A stretch of DNA of 64,000 nt from NCBI RefSeq assembly GCF_009914755.1, contig NC_060938.1, one strand, 5' to 3'. The stretch is from the human T2T-CHM13v2.0 reference genome, Homo sapiens. Positions 27,688-40,982 of this stretch are shown in pieces. The notes below the pieces were generated by a model that saw only the letters and a list, made by a program, of their open reading frames with translations, ran no database searches and was not told the DNA's origin. Numbering within the stretch: the first letter of the stretch is position 1; each line of letters starts with the position of its first letter. The translations under genes were made by a program, and so were the position numbers.

Positions 27688-27961
27688 TTTTTTTTTTTGA
27701 GACAGGGTCTTGCACTGTCAGCCAGGCTGGATGCAGTGGTGTGATCTTGGCTGACTGCAACCTCCACCTCCTGGGTTCAAACGATTCTCCTGCCTCAGCC
27801 TCTTGAGTAGCTGGGATTACAGGCGCCCGCCAACACGCCCAGCTAATTTTTATATTTTTAGTAGAGACGGGGTTTCACCATGTTGGCCAGGCTGGTCTCG
27901 AACTCCTGACCTTGTGATCCGCCCGCCTTGGCTTCCCAAAGTGCTGGGATTACAGGCGTGA
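27688..27961 (-). mobile_element. AluS (Sg-like), lacking about 15 nt at the 5' end
   Basis: TSD tgcactttt at 27683-27691 and 27962-27970. Confidence 0.92.
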
Positions 27962-29289
27962 TGCACTTTTAAACTGAAGCCACGAAGTAGGGCAGCCCAG
28001 CCTGCTGCAAGGGAAAGTTCCTCAAAGGGGGAGAAAAAACATTGGCTTGATAGCAAAGATTATAAACCTAAATTAATGAAATAGCTAGAAATAGTTGAGC
28101 AGAGGTTGGCGGCATTGAGGAGTGCTGCTTCCCACACTGCACCCACACCCTCTCAGGATGGCTCACACACTCATCCCAGCGCACATTTACATAACACTTC
28201 ACCGTTAGAAAGTGCTTTCACAACCATTTTACAGTTTAGAAAGTGCTATCACAACCATTAACTTATTTAATCTCTTCCTGCTTGCCCTGAAGCTAAACAG
28301 GCCCTGAAATGAATTTACCCAGAGCTGGATCATAAAAATATTCATCTCTGTTTGCCTGCATCTCCCTTACCAGGCATGGGGCTGTCTTAATGGCAAGGTG
28401 GATGGCTCCACTGCCATCAGGCTGGAAATGAATCAGGGACTATTCATCATTTCTTGGGTTCTGTCCCCACCAAACACTGGGTGCCAGGGGCTAATGAACG
28501 AGGGAGTCTGATCCAACTGTAATTTGGAGCTCTGGGCTCTGCAGCCAAGTCCCCGCTGCCCTGGCTGGGACTTGGGAGAGTATCGAAGGATGATGCAGAA
28601 GAAGGATCCAAAGTGAGTTTTGAGAAAAAAATCTTCACATTCTTCTTCTAAAGCCTAATTGTGGGGGTAAGGGAGAGTCCTTGGGTGACTAAGGGCTGAA
28701 GATCTCCATCTTCAGAGGACATGTTCTGCAAGCCTAGGACATGCACAGAGATGAGACGGGGGATGAATTATGCCAAACCTCATGGCAACTCCCAAGTAAA
28801 ACCAGGGGAAACCAGGTTACCGTGTATGTCAAGGTCACCCAGGGGAATGACTTAGGAGTCAAAGAGCATGGATCCTACTGCCCACTGTGGTGTCAAGTTG
28901 CTGTTCACCCTTGAACAAGCCTTTTGCCTTCTCTGATCTTCAATTATTTTATTTGTAAAAGGAGGAAAGTTGGTGATTTGATTTCTGTGTGTCTTCTAGA
29001 ACTGAAATTATAGGGCTCCATGGAAGGGGAGCTAAGGGAGGAGATATGGAAAAGTGGTTTGAATGGTGGGCTGAAGAAGAGGGAAGCTTCTGTTTGTGCA
29101 CTGTAAGTACAGGAATCTCAGTACCACAATCTTCTTTTCATCTCCCGATGACTCTAATCAACCCCCCTCTCTCCTCTCACTCTGTGTCTGTCTCTGTGTG
29201 TGTGTGTGTTCATCCTCCCTAAGAGCCTCTTGGATGCTTCAAATGTAGAACCCTGAGAGATTGCCCCAGTTTTCAACATGACAGGTCAG

Positions 29290-29510
29290 TATACATGGCA
29301 AGAGCTTTGGAGCAAGCAGATATTGATTCAAATATTCCATCCTCACTAGCTGGGCATTCTCCACTACTTCTCCCTTCTGATCCATTCCTGCAAGGAGGGA
29401 TACGGCTACCTATCTTGCAGGGCTGTTGAGAGGATGAGATGAGATGCATAAGAAAACCACTTAACACGTGGAAGCACCTTAATGGGTGACAGTTATTATT
29501 AAATAATAAT
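29290..29510 (+). mobile_element. MIR
   Basis: gagctttggagcaagcaga...ctacctatcttgcagggctgttgagaggat. Confidence 0.65.
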
Positions 29511-30589
29511 AACATTTAAGTAGTCAGAGAATCAAGACACTGACATTGTCCCTCCATTGTCCCCATTGTATTCCATAGGGGCTGCCAAGGCAACACCAGA
29601 AATGTAGCTTCATCATTTATCCCTTCCTCCCCATCCCTCTGCAAAGGGGAACAGGCTTAGAGCAGAAGCCTGGGAGTCATGCTCCAGACACATGCTTACC
29701 AGCTGTGGGAGTGTGAGCCTCCCAAGCCAGTATTTCCTGTGTTTGTGTATTTACTCATTCACTTGGCGGGCATTTGTTGGGCACTGACTGTGTGCTGGAG
29801 GGGTGCTTGTAAGCCCCAATGTTGTAACAAGGATGTGTAGCCCCAGCTCTGCCAGCCTCAAGGGTTGACATGAGGCTCTGAGGAGATGATATCTGGGAAG
29901 CACTTGGTGGGATTGAGCATTGTGCATTATTATTGCTATTAATGAAGTTATTACTATAGTGATACACAAGGCGGGGTATAATAAAGGGTAGATAAGACAG
30001 GAATGGCCAGAGAGACTGTGGTGGGAGGGGCTTATTTAGGGATCCAGCTCCATGCACCAGTAGGACTCCCAGCTGGGGAGGAATCAGGCAGTAGGTTCGT
30101 GCCCCTGGAAGGGCAGGAACAAGCCCTGATATTGCACATCCCCCATCCCTAGTGGCCAACTAGATGCCAGGCACAAGGGGGTTCCCAGAAAGGATGGAAG
30201 GGAGAGATGGCTGTGGCAGCTGTTTCAGCTGAGGGAACAGCATAAATAGAGGGGTACGGGCAGGAATGCTCTATGCATGTTTGGAGGAACAGACTCCCCT
30301 GTGGTCTGAAGGAGTCTGGATGTCCAGGAGTTCCTAAGGGATTGTGTCATTTTCAGAAACAGGATCTTCCACATCCCAGCCACTGTGAGGCCTGTAAGGT
30401 GCCCTTTCACAGCAAGTGTCCAGTGTTCAGCAATTTGATCCAAGGTGCAGTTTGAAGTGGTTGCAATGCATGCTTCTTGCTAATTGTCTAGCTCTGTTAC
30501 ACCATGGAATCTCAGTCAGTAAGACACCAGAGCTAACGAAACTGCCTATCTGAACACTTAGGAAAAAATAACGTAGCATTTCCAATCAT

Positions 30590-30790
30590 TACTACATTTC
30601 AGGCATTGTTCTAAGCCTTTTATTATATATTAGTCTATCATCACACCCATTTTACAGATAAGGTCATGGTGGCATACAGAGATTAAGTGAATTGTCTAAA
30701 ATCACGCTGCTGGTGAGTGTCAGAGGTGGGATCTGAACCTAGGCACCTGGATTCCAAAGGCCACCATTTTAACTGCTACAGCATATTACC
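30590..30790 (-). mobile_element. MIR
   Basis: cccattttacagataagg...agagattaagtgaattgtc. Confidence 0.75.
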
Positions 30791-30884
30791 CTGGACAAAA
30801 TAGATGTGGTTCCACTTGAGCTTACAGACTAGTGGTGGAGAGGTTCAGAGATTCAAAATCATTGACAAAATCAATTTTAAAGAA

Positions 30885-31140
30885 GACAAGTGTTGAAACA
30901 GCGATTAGTCTGAGCGACTCTTTTTGGATAGGGTGGTCAGCGGAGGACTCTTTGAGGAGGGAGCATTTGAGTGAGAGGTGAAGAGTGAGAAGGGGCCTCG
31001 GAAGAGTGTCCGAGGGGGAGGGACAGCCCGAGGCAGTGGAAAGCTTGGCGTGTGAGAGGAGACAACGGAAGGCTGAGTGTGGGGTGCGGTGAGTGAAGAG
31101 GGTGAAGAACACGAAGTGGGAGTGGTTCTGATCTGACAGG
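30885..31140 (-). mobile_element. L2 fragment
   Basis: gatagggtggtcagcggaggactctttgaggagggagcatttgagtgagag. Confidence 0.7.
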
Positions 31141-31674
31141 GCTGCCAATTCCCAATCAGCAGCTGATTAGAAGTCATGAACTAGGAGAGGGAAAGTTCAA
31201 CACAGGGAATTAGCCCACAGCAGGTAGTAATGGGGGTGAAGCTGATGTCAGGGGAAACCCGACCAGCTACATAAAGCACACACAGACACAAGCCACAAAG
31301 CAGCCCCTTACAGAAATGGCTGATTCTTGGGCTAGAAAAGGAGGATGCAAGATAAGCCTGGAGCATCTTAGCTTCCTGCAGTGTCAGAGAGCAAGGAAGT
31401 GTGCAAAAGGAAACCCACAGTGATGAGGGGATGTCAAAGGGAGGCAGGAGCCAACTGAAGGATCTCCCAGTGGTCAATGCTCAAACAATTTGAGCAACGT
31501 GATAAATAAAAGAGTATTAAATTATAATCCAAATTATAGAATAAATGTCCATGAGCCTATACTGATATAAATATGTGATTGAATAAATAAATAAATGAGA
31601 CACCACAGGCACATCTCACATGCAGAATTTCAAATAATTTATACAGATGCTCTGCCCTTAAGAAGGTAGAGCAT

Positions 31675-31765
31675 GGCTGACTCTGAGAACACTGCCTGGG
31701 AGCAGGAGTTAGCCCTGCTCTGCAAGGAGCAGCAAAAATTAAAAAAAAAAAAAAAAAAAACAAAA
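31675..31765 (+). mobile_element. Short polyadenylated non-Alu fragment, ERV1-LTR-like, sharing a TSD with the following Alu
   Basis: ggctgactctgagaacactgcct...ttagccctgctctgcaaggagcag then an A-run. The family is from memory only. Confidence 0.5.
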
Positions 31766-32347
<582 letters not shown>

Positions 32348-32390
32348 TCACGAGAAAAATATCAGAAAAATCCCAATTGAGGGACAGTCT

Positions 32391-32460
32391 ACAGAATACC
32401 TGAGAGTAGGCCAGGCACAGAATACCTGAGAGTAGGCCAGGCACAGAATACCTGAGAGTA

Positions 32461-32468
<8 letters not shown>
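32391..32468. repeat. Perfect 26-bp x3 tandem repeat spanning an Alu 5' junction
   Basis: acagaatacctgagagtaggccaggc at 32391, 32417 and 32443. Confidence 0.97.
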
Positions 32469-32833
<365 letters not shown>

Positions 32834-33392
32834 TCACAGCCAAGAGGAGCCTAAGGGGACGTGATAACTAAAGCCATGGGATATCCTGGATGGAATCTTG
32901 AAAGTGAAAAAAAAAAAAAAATCCCACAACAGGTTAAAAACTAAGGAAATCCGAACAAAGTATGGATGTTAATAAATAATAAGTTATCACTATTGGTTCA
33001 TTAACTGTGACAAATGTACCATACTAATGTAAGATGCTAAGAATAGGAAAAACTGGATGTGGAGGACATGGAAACTCTGTACTATCTTCACATTTTTTCC
33101 CTTTATATCCAATGCTATTCTAAAATAAAAAAGTTTGCTTTAAAAATTCCACTGACTGGGTTCCTTCAGTGGAGAGACAAACAGTTCTGTACTCTTTCTC
33201 AGAATCTATGTGTCTCCTTGTATTCTAAAATAACACATATTCATTTTGAAGTTTATAATTTTGAAAAAGTGACACTTTTGAACTAATTAGTTTCAGAGAG
33301 CAGGGATGAATGTAATACATTTAGAATGATGCTGAAGACTTCTTTAGCTCTCACAATGGTTAAAAAGTCATTGATGCTTAGCGATAATGTTG

Positions 33393-33770
33393 GTGTCTCT
33401 GTTCCAGCTATAACAAAAATACTTTAGACTAGATAATTTATATAGATTACTGAATTTTATTTCTCACAGTTCCAGAGGCTGGGAAGTCCAAGGTCAAGGC
33501 ACCAGCAGATTCAGTGTCTGATGAAGGCTCTCTCTTTGCTTCCAAGATGGCGGCTCTTACTGCATCTTCACATGGCGGTAAGGGTGAAAAAGGGTTGCTT
33601 CCCTCACAGTAGTACAGAGAGTACTCTTTATACAGGCACCAGTCCCACTGTTAAGAGTGGAGCTGTCATGTCCTAATCACCTGTTAAAGGCCTCACTTTT
33701 TTATACTATTGCATTAGAGATTAAGTTTCAACATGAATTTGGAAGGGACACAAACATTCAAACCATAGCA
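33393..33770 (-). mobile_element. MaLR LTR (MSTD/MLT1A-like)
   Basis: atttctcacagttccagaggctgggaagtccaaggtcaaggcaccagcagatt...aacattcaaaccatagca. Confidence 0.8.
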
Positions 33771-33774
33771 ACTG

Positions 33775-34020
33775 GCTTAGCACTGAAAGCGCAGGCTTGT
33801 TCTTTAGACAGACCTGGGTTTAAATCTCATCTACCAGCTGTGTGGCTTTGGATAAATCCACTCAATCTCTCAGGGCCTTGACTTCTCCACCAACAAAACG
33901 AGAATAAAGTATCTGCTTTGTATTCAATACTTTCCTGAGGATTAAATGAAATAAAATACATGAAGCACCTTGCAAAAGCTGCAAGGTTCCTGGCCCCTCA
34001 TATGCACTACATAAATGACA
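33775..34020 (+). mobile_element. MIR
   Basis: agacagacctgggtttaaatctc...gaggattaaatgaaataa. Confidence 0.75.
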
Positions 34021-34074
34021 ACTTCCAAGAAAGTCATGTTCAAGTCAGCACCCTGCCTTGGATACGATTGGAGT

Positions 34075-34250
34075 TGTCTAGGTTACTTAAAATTTACCAG
34101 CGCACAAATCACCCAAGGATCTGGATAAAAGGCAGAGTCTGGTTCAACAGGTTGGGGGTTGGGGGTAGATGCCACATCTCTCACAGGTTTCCAGGCGATA
34201 GTGACGCGTAGCGACACTGCTGGACCGGGGCCCCTGCTGAGTAGGGAGGA
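34075..34250. mobile_element. MER5-type hAT element
   Basis: aatcacccaaggatctggataaaaggcagagtctggttcaacagg...ctcacaggtttccagg...gctgga. Confidence 0.55.
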
Positions 34251-35479
34251 ACTCGGCTGTGGAGCTCGTTCTGACCAAAACCACATGGTGCTCTTGGGCA
34301 AGCGACCTTCCCTCGCTGAGGCTTACTCTCCCACCTGTAAAACAAAACAAAGAAATGCAAAATAAAAACAAGAACTATTTATTTTCCAAGAGCATAGATT
34401 TGTTTCTTGGTGTGATACGACTGGTCCACTCTGGGAGCCAGAAAGGCAACTGCAAGGTCCACTGCCTCTAGGGGTTTCTCAGGGGGTGACTCAGTTTCCT
34501 GCTTAACTCCCCTACTGCTTAAGGTTTATAAAGATCATAGTGCGGACCTCTAAAAGACTTAAGGGAAAACAAAAACCAAAACAAGAAAAACTTCTAATTT
34601 TACGGATAAAACTAAATGGAACAAACTGCATTATTTTCATCTGAATTCCTTTCCTCGTGGCTCATTTTGACACGGAGAAAATAAATTGCCATCTACCCCC
34701 CAAACCAGCTGCTTCCAGTCAGAGCGAATGGATCATGATTTAATGAAGACAGCCATCTGTTACAGGGTAAAATCCTAATTAAGCAATATATGAATCAGAA
34801 CAAAATTAGCCATCAGGTCATTAGACTTCTGTAACTGCTGAAAGGAGCGTGGAGTCATTACCACGTGAGGCAGTCCTTCTCTAAGCACCAGACTGCGAGG
34901 AGAAACCCATCCCTCCCCTGGAATGCTGCAGCCCAAACAGGAGGGGTTGGAAGGTCCTGAGGCGCTAATTGAAATAAATAACCTGCTTTCAGAGAAGCCC
35001 TGGTGTCCTACGTAATGAATGTACCTCTCGTCTGTCCAACATGTCACAGTTTGACAGATGCTTTCGCACCTAGGAGGACCTGAACCCTCCTCTGCTAACC
35101 CCTTGTGTAGGTCTGATGGTGGGAGCTGTAGGTCCAGCGACTCGCTCAAGAGACCACAGCCGAAAAGGAGCCAAGGCAAGGCCAGCATCCAGGTGTGTGG
35201 CTTCCACATCCTGCCACCGACACTGCCTCCTCCTCGATGAATGTCCCCAAGGAGCGTGTGTTATCCCAAATTAATGAGAGACTCTAATGACTGAAGCTCT
35301 TGGCTCTGCAAGATTGGATGCCTCTCTGAAGCTTTCAGATGCTAGGGGGATGACTCTAGCACACTGCAAAGCTGCTGGAAGTGTTGTGCACCACTCTCTA
35401 GTTGGCCAGAGGACCAGCTGACTAAAAGACCCTGGCTGCCTTTCACTGCTGTTCCAGTAACGCTGATAGCTCTGCATCC

Positions 35480-35579
35480 TGCACATAGTAGGTACTCAAT
35501 AACTAAATGTCGAATGGGTGAAGAATACGTGCACATAGTAGGTACTCAATAACTAAATGTCAAATGGGTGAAGAATACG
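35480..35579. repeat. 50-bp tandem duplication of an L2 3' end
   Basis: tgcacatagtaggtactcaataactaaatgtc(g/a)aatgggtgaagaatacg x2, one mismatch. Confidence 0.95.
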
Positions 35580-35959
35580 CGAACAACCTTGACGAGTCCC
35601 TGCATCCCTCTTAACTAACCCTCAGGACTCTAGAGAAAAATATTTAGTTGTTCCCTCTTGTCTATAACATAAAGCTCTCAATATATCATCTTTATCAAAA
35701 GCCTTTAAATAGAGACAAGTTGTATCACTAGACAATGCCCTCTCCAAACCCACAGGCAAAGAGCAGAAAGCTTTCTGCTCCATCCCTTGCCAGCCCTGGG
35801 ACTCTTCTATGGTCACAGCTTTGCTAGGGATAAATGGTAGCTCATCTTTATTTCAGCTTACATGTGGTTTGTTACTACAGAGGAGGGGAGGTGCATTTTC
35901 CTATATGTCTCCCTACTAATTATGCCCCTTTTTGGAAATTGTATCCTTTACTCATTTAG

Positions 35960-36293
<334 letters not shown>

Positions 36294-36849
36294 ATGAATT
36301 TTTTATATAATAAAAATATTAACTCTTTGCTGCAAATATTTTTCCTACTATTTTTCTCCTCTCCCCATCCCACCTCCAAGTGCAGAGACTTTAAAATTTG
36401 CTGACGTCCCTTCTGCCCATTGTTTTCCCTTGGGCTTGTTTCCAGTGATGCTGTGCTTAGCAAGTCTTTTCTCCCTCCAGATGTTTGATAGATATTCAAG
36501 TCTAATTCTTCTGGTGGTGTACGGATTGTCTCACACTTACCTAACCTCTGTCATCCACCTGGAATGTGTTTTGATATGTGATGTAAGAAGCTTTTCTCTT
36601 GGCTCCCTACTTCTTCATTCTCCACGTGACCGCAGAGTTCTACACAAGTGTAGGTTAAAGCTGGACACAGTTAGACGTTGCTGTGAGCCTGAGTGCATCC
36701 TGAGGTTTTTTCTCAGGTATGTTGATTGAAAGTGTCTAACATTAGACGGCCCCAGGAAAGGAAGTCTTAGTCATCTCAGCACAAGTGGAAGAAGAAACAA
36801 GATGAGGAGTTAACTGTGTTGTCTTTAGGTCCTAAACTTTTACTCATTA

Positions 36850-37420
36850 TCGAAATTCAGATCCAGGGTCATTTTTCCTGGGAAGCCTTTCTTGTGATGC
36901 AGCCCCAGCCTGGGTTTGCTATCTGCTCTTTGGGCCCCACAGTGTTCTTGTCTTACCTGCCTATGAGTACCCACAAGGGATGGCTGCTATCGACTTGGCT
37001 GATTCTGCTTTGTTCCCCTCAGGGAAGGGACCTTGACTTCTCATTGATTTGCTATTGTTTCTCCAGCCCCTAGCACAGCCCTTGCTCATAGCAGGCCCTC
37101 AGTAAATACATGTCTAATCCATGTCCAAACTCATGAATAAGTGGCACCTGAGACGTCCCCCTGGCCACCCATCATGCATGGTAAGCATCCTCTGACGCTG
37201 TCTCATGAACACTCACACCAACTAGGAGGGCACTGATAACTATTGCATTTACCCACCAGGAAACCGAGGCTCAGAGATGTAAGGAACTTGTCTGCCGTTT
37301 CTCAGGGCTTTAGTTTATGATGATTCTGCACATCCTCACATTATTCAGAACCTGCTTGTTCAGTTGAGGACATTGAGGCCCAGGGAGAGGCACAAAGTCA
37401 CACTGTCAACATGCTCTTAG
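36850..37420. mobile_element. L2 3' end and MIR fragments
   Basis: cctcagggaagggacctt...ccctcagtaaataca; ggaaaccgaggctcagagatgtaagg. Confidence 0.55.
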
Positions 37421-37789
37421 GCAGACTCATACTGCATATGGAACTGGGATGCTTCAGGGATCCCAAAACCCTCGTCTCTCTCCTGCTGGGCTTCTAGTGG
37501 GCCATGCCCATGGTCTTGCCTGTGATTGGTTCTCAGAAAATAACGATTAAGTTACACTGATTTGAACCATGATACCAACACCTACTAGTGTGTCTATGAA
37601 ACTTTCCACTCTTCCAAAACATTCTTGCTCTTACTGTCTTGGATCCATTCATTCTGTCGTCCTTGGACATAGATAAAGTCCAAGGATATCAGCCAAGCAT
37701 CTTGCAGGGCTGTTTAAATCACTAGATTCTCAACTGCAATTGCATGTGCAAAAGGAGAGGAAATTCCTGACCTTGAAAAATCTGTGTCC

Positions 37790-38239
37790 ACATAATTAAT
37801 TTTATGTGTCAACTTGATTGGGCCACAGGGTGCCCAGACCTTTGGTCAAATATTATCCTGAGTGCATCCGGGAGGATGTTTCTGGATAACATTTGAATCA
37901 GTAGACTTAGTAAAGCAGATAGGGGGTCCTCATCCAATCAACTGATGACCTGAAGAGATAAAAAAGTCTGATTAGGAGGAAACTCCTCCTGCCTGAGTGC
38001 TTGGACTGGGACCCTGGTCTTTTTTGCCTTTCTGACTTGAACTGAAACTCAGCTCTTCCTGGGTTTTGCACCTGCCTGTCTTCAGCCTGGAATGACACCA
38101 TCAGTTCTCTTGATTCTCCAGCTTACCAACTGTAGATCTTGGGACTTCTCAGCCTCTGGACGCATGTGAACTGATTCCTCATAATATTTACACACATATA
38201 TGTCCTGTTCTGTTTCTCTGGAGAACCCTGACTAATATG
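37790..38239 (+). mobile_element. MLT2 (MLT2D-like) solo LTR
   Basis: ttaattttatgtgtcaacttgattgggccacagggtgcccaga ... tctctggagaaccctgactaata. Confidence 0.85.
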
Positions 38240-38870
38240 TCCATAGAAGGAGATGGTGTCTCCAGTATCAATTAGAGGAACATGTGCTTCTCAGGTGACA
38301 CCTGACTCCCTGTGCTCCATGATTGCGGTTTACAAAGCGTATCCATGGACATGAAGTTTAATTTACACAAAAAGCTTAGGAAGAAGGAATTGGTATTCTC
38401 ACATTTACAGATGGGGACATTGAGGCCCAGAAAGCTAAGTTACTTGCCCCTGACTGCATCCATTTTCTAACTCCAGTTCTTTCTGTGCTCTCTTATGGGG
38501 TGTGAGCTGGATTCATTGTCTTCCTCAGGTGTGGCAGAGCCTCTGGGGAACACAGCCACATCAAGGGTCTTGGTTCAAAAACTGTCCCAAGATGTAGAAG
38601 TCTGGTTTTGTACCTGATCCAATGGACGCAGTTCAGCAGGATAGAAAGTTAGGAAACAGTAACCAGAAGGTTGTGGACTGGCTTCAGGGATGCAAAGGTC
38701 CTGGGTGACAACATGGCTCAGGATGCAGCTGAACTTGGCTGCTGAGCTAGAGGAGAGTGAAGATCATTCAGCATGGTAGACATGCAAGAGACTGTGGTAG
38801 GAAGGGAGAAAGAAATAGGGAATGGTAGGGATGGTAGTGAACAAGAGGGCATGCATGCTCAAAGACATCT

Positions 38871-39369
38871 TGCCGAGACCAGCTCAGTCCGCATTAGGGA
38901 GAGACCCTAACGCAGCGGCGCTAGAGGAATTAAAGACACACACACAGAAGTATAGAGGTGTGATGTGGGAAATCAGGGGTCTCACAGCCTTCAGAGCTGA
39001 GAGCCCCGAACAGAGATTTCCCCACATATTTATTAACAGCAAACCAGTCATTAGCATTGTGTCTATAGATATTAAATTAACTAAAAGTATCCCTTAAGGG
39101 AAACGAAGGGATGGGCCGAATTAATTGCAGCAGGAGCATGTCCTTAAGACACAGATCACTCAGGCTTTTGTTTGTGGCTTAAGAATGCCTTTCAGCGGTT
39201 TTCCACCCTGGGTGGGCCAGATGTTCCTTGCCCTCATTCCCGTAAACCCACAACCTTCCAGCCTGAGCGTTATGGCCATTATGGACATGTTGCATTGCTG
39301 CAGAGATTTTATTTATGGCCAGTTTTGGGGCCAGTTTATGACCAGACTTTGGGGAGCTTGCTCCCAACA
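38871..39369 (-). mobile_element. MER9a (HERV-K HML-3) solo LTR
   Basis: Reverse complement begins TGTTGGGAGCAAGCTCCCCAAAGTCTGGTCATAAACTGGCCCCAAAACTGGCCATAAATAAAATC; 6-bp TSD acatct/acatcc at 38865-38870 and 39370-39375. Confidence 0.92.
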
Positions 39370-39401
39370 ACATCCACCTTATTTTATGGAATGAATGCTT
39401 G

Positions 39402-39776
39402 TGTATTAGTCTGTTTTTATACTGCAATAAAAAACTTCTCTGAGACTGGGTAATTTATAAAGAAAGGAGGTTTAATTGACTCAGTTCTGCATGATTGGGG
39501 AGGCCTCCAGAAACTTACAATCACAGAGGCAGGCGAAGGAGAAGCAAGTATCTCCTTCACAAGGCAGCAGGAAAGAGAGAGGGAGTGAAGGGGGAAGAGC
39601 CTCTAATAAAACCATCAGATCTCATGAGAACTCACTCACTATCACGAGAATAGCATGGAGAAACTGCCCCCATGATCCAGTCACCTCCCACCAGGTCCCT
39701 CCCTCGACACGTGGGGAGTGTGGGGATTACAATTCGAGATGAGATTTGGGTGTGGATGCAGAGCCAAACCATATCA
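39402..39776 (-). mobile_element. THE1D-like MaLR solo LTR
   Basis: tgtattagtc ... ccaaaccatatca; 5-bp TSD gcttg at 39397-39401 and 39777-39781. Confidence 0.9.
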
Positions 39777-39944
39777 GCTTGCATCCCCCCAGAATTCACA
39801 GGGCAAAGCCCTGGCCCCCAGTGTGTCTCTATTTGGAAATAGATCCTCTAAGGAAGTAATTAAGGTTAAACAAGGTCATGGGTTGGGGGCCCTAATCTAA
39901 TAGGATTAGTATCTTTATAAGAAGAGACAGAGCTCATTTATTTT

Positions 39945-39949
<5 letters not shown>

Positions 39950-39985
<36 letters not shown>

Positions 39986-40015
39986 CCTCCCTCTCCCTCT
40001 CCCTCTCCCTCTCCT
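39950..40015. repeat. (CT)n/(CCCTCT)n polypyrimidine tract
   Basis: Direct reading. Confidence 0.95.
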
Positions 40016-40628
40016 ATTCCTGCGTCCCCTGCATGCACACAGAGAAAAGGCCATGTGAGGACACAGCAAGAAGATGGCCATCTGCAAACTAGAGAGAGCA
40101 CCCTCAGCAGAAACCAATCCTACTGTCACCCTGGCCTCAGACTTACATCCTCCAGGACTATGAGAAAATAAATCTCTTGCTTAAGCCACTCAATCTGGAC
40201 TATTTTGTTATGGCAGCCTGAGCTGGCTAATACACATTCCTATTTAAAAACAAATAAATAATGTGTGCAGGGCTGATTCAGCCAGTGGCAGGTTTGCAGC
40301 CTGTAATACTCAAAGGCATTCATAGTGCAGCGTTCAGGTGCCAGAGTGCTCTGTAAATAAAGAAGAATGTCTGGGGTTTTGGAGACAACGGCAGGAAGGA
40401 ACAGCATAGGACTATCTGGCCTGAGGATGTGATCCTGAAAGAACGGGCTTTGTATGTGAAGCTGAAGAAATAATGGTCTAGGAGGAGCAGTGGGGATTAA
40501 GAAGAATTTCAGCCTGTGTCTGTCCCTCATGTGAGAAGAAGCCTGTCAGGAAGTGGCACCCTTGGAAGACAGCCAAGCCTCAGCAGGGAGGATGAAGAGA
40601 GCTGAATGAGAGGTTCAGGATAGAGAGG

Positions 40629-40982
40629 TGATATGGTTTGGCTGTGTCCCCACCCAAATCTCATCTTGAATTGTAGCTCCCACAATTCCCACGTGTTGTG
40701 GGAGGGACCTGGTGGGAGATCATTGAATCATGGGGGCAGTTTCCCCCATACTGTTCTCGTGGTAGTGAATAAGGCTCATGAGATCTGATGGGTTTATAAG
40801 GGGTTTCCACTTTTGTTTGGCTCTCACTCTCTCTTGTCTGCCACCTTGTAAGCTGTGCCTTTCATCTTCCACCAGGATTGTGAGTCTTCCCCAGCCACGT
40901 GGAACTGTGAGTCCATTAAACCTCTTTTTCTTTATAAATTACCCAGTTTCAGATATGTCTTTATTAGCAGCATGAGAGCAGA
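40629..40982 (+). mobile_element. THE1B/C MaLR solo LTR
   Basis: tgatatggtttggctgtgtccccacccaaatctcatcttgaattgtagctccc start; last few bases missing. Confidence 0.9.

Larger units (their letters stand above)
39380..40234 (+). mobile_element. MLT1A/B-type MaLR LTR split by a THE1 LTR
   Basis: ttatggaatgaatg...ccccagtgtg...gccatgtgaggacacagcaagaagatggcc...gctaataca. Confidence 0.8.

Noticed and set aside
40715-40735. DUX4 site expected in a THE1B-type LTR
   Set aside because: It reads TCATTGAATCA rather than TAATTGAATCA, so the first half-site is broken.
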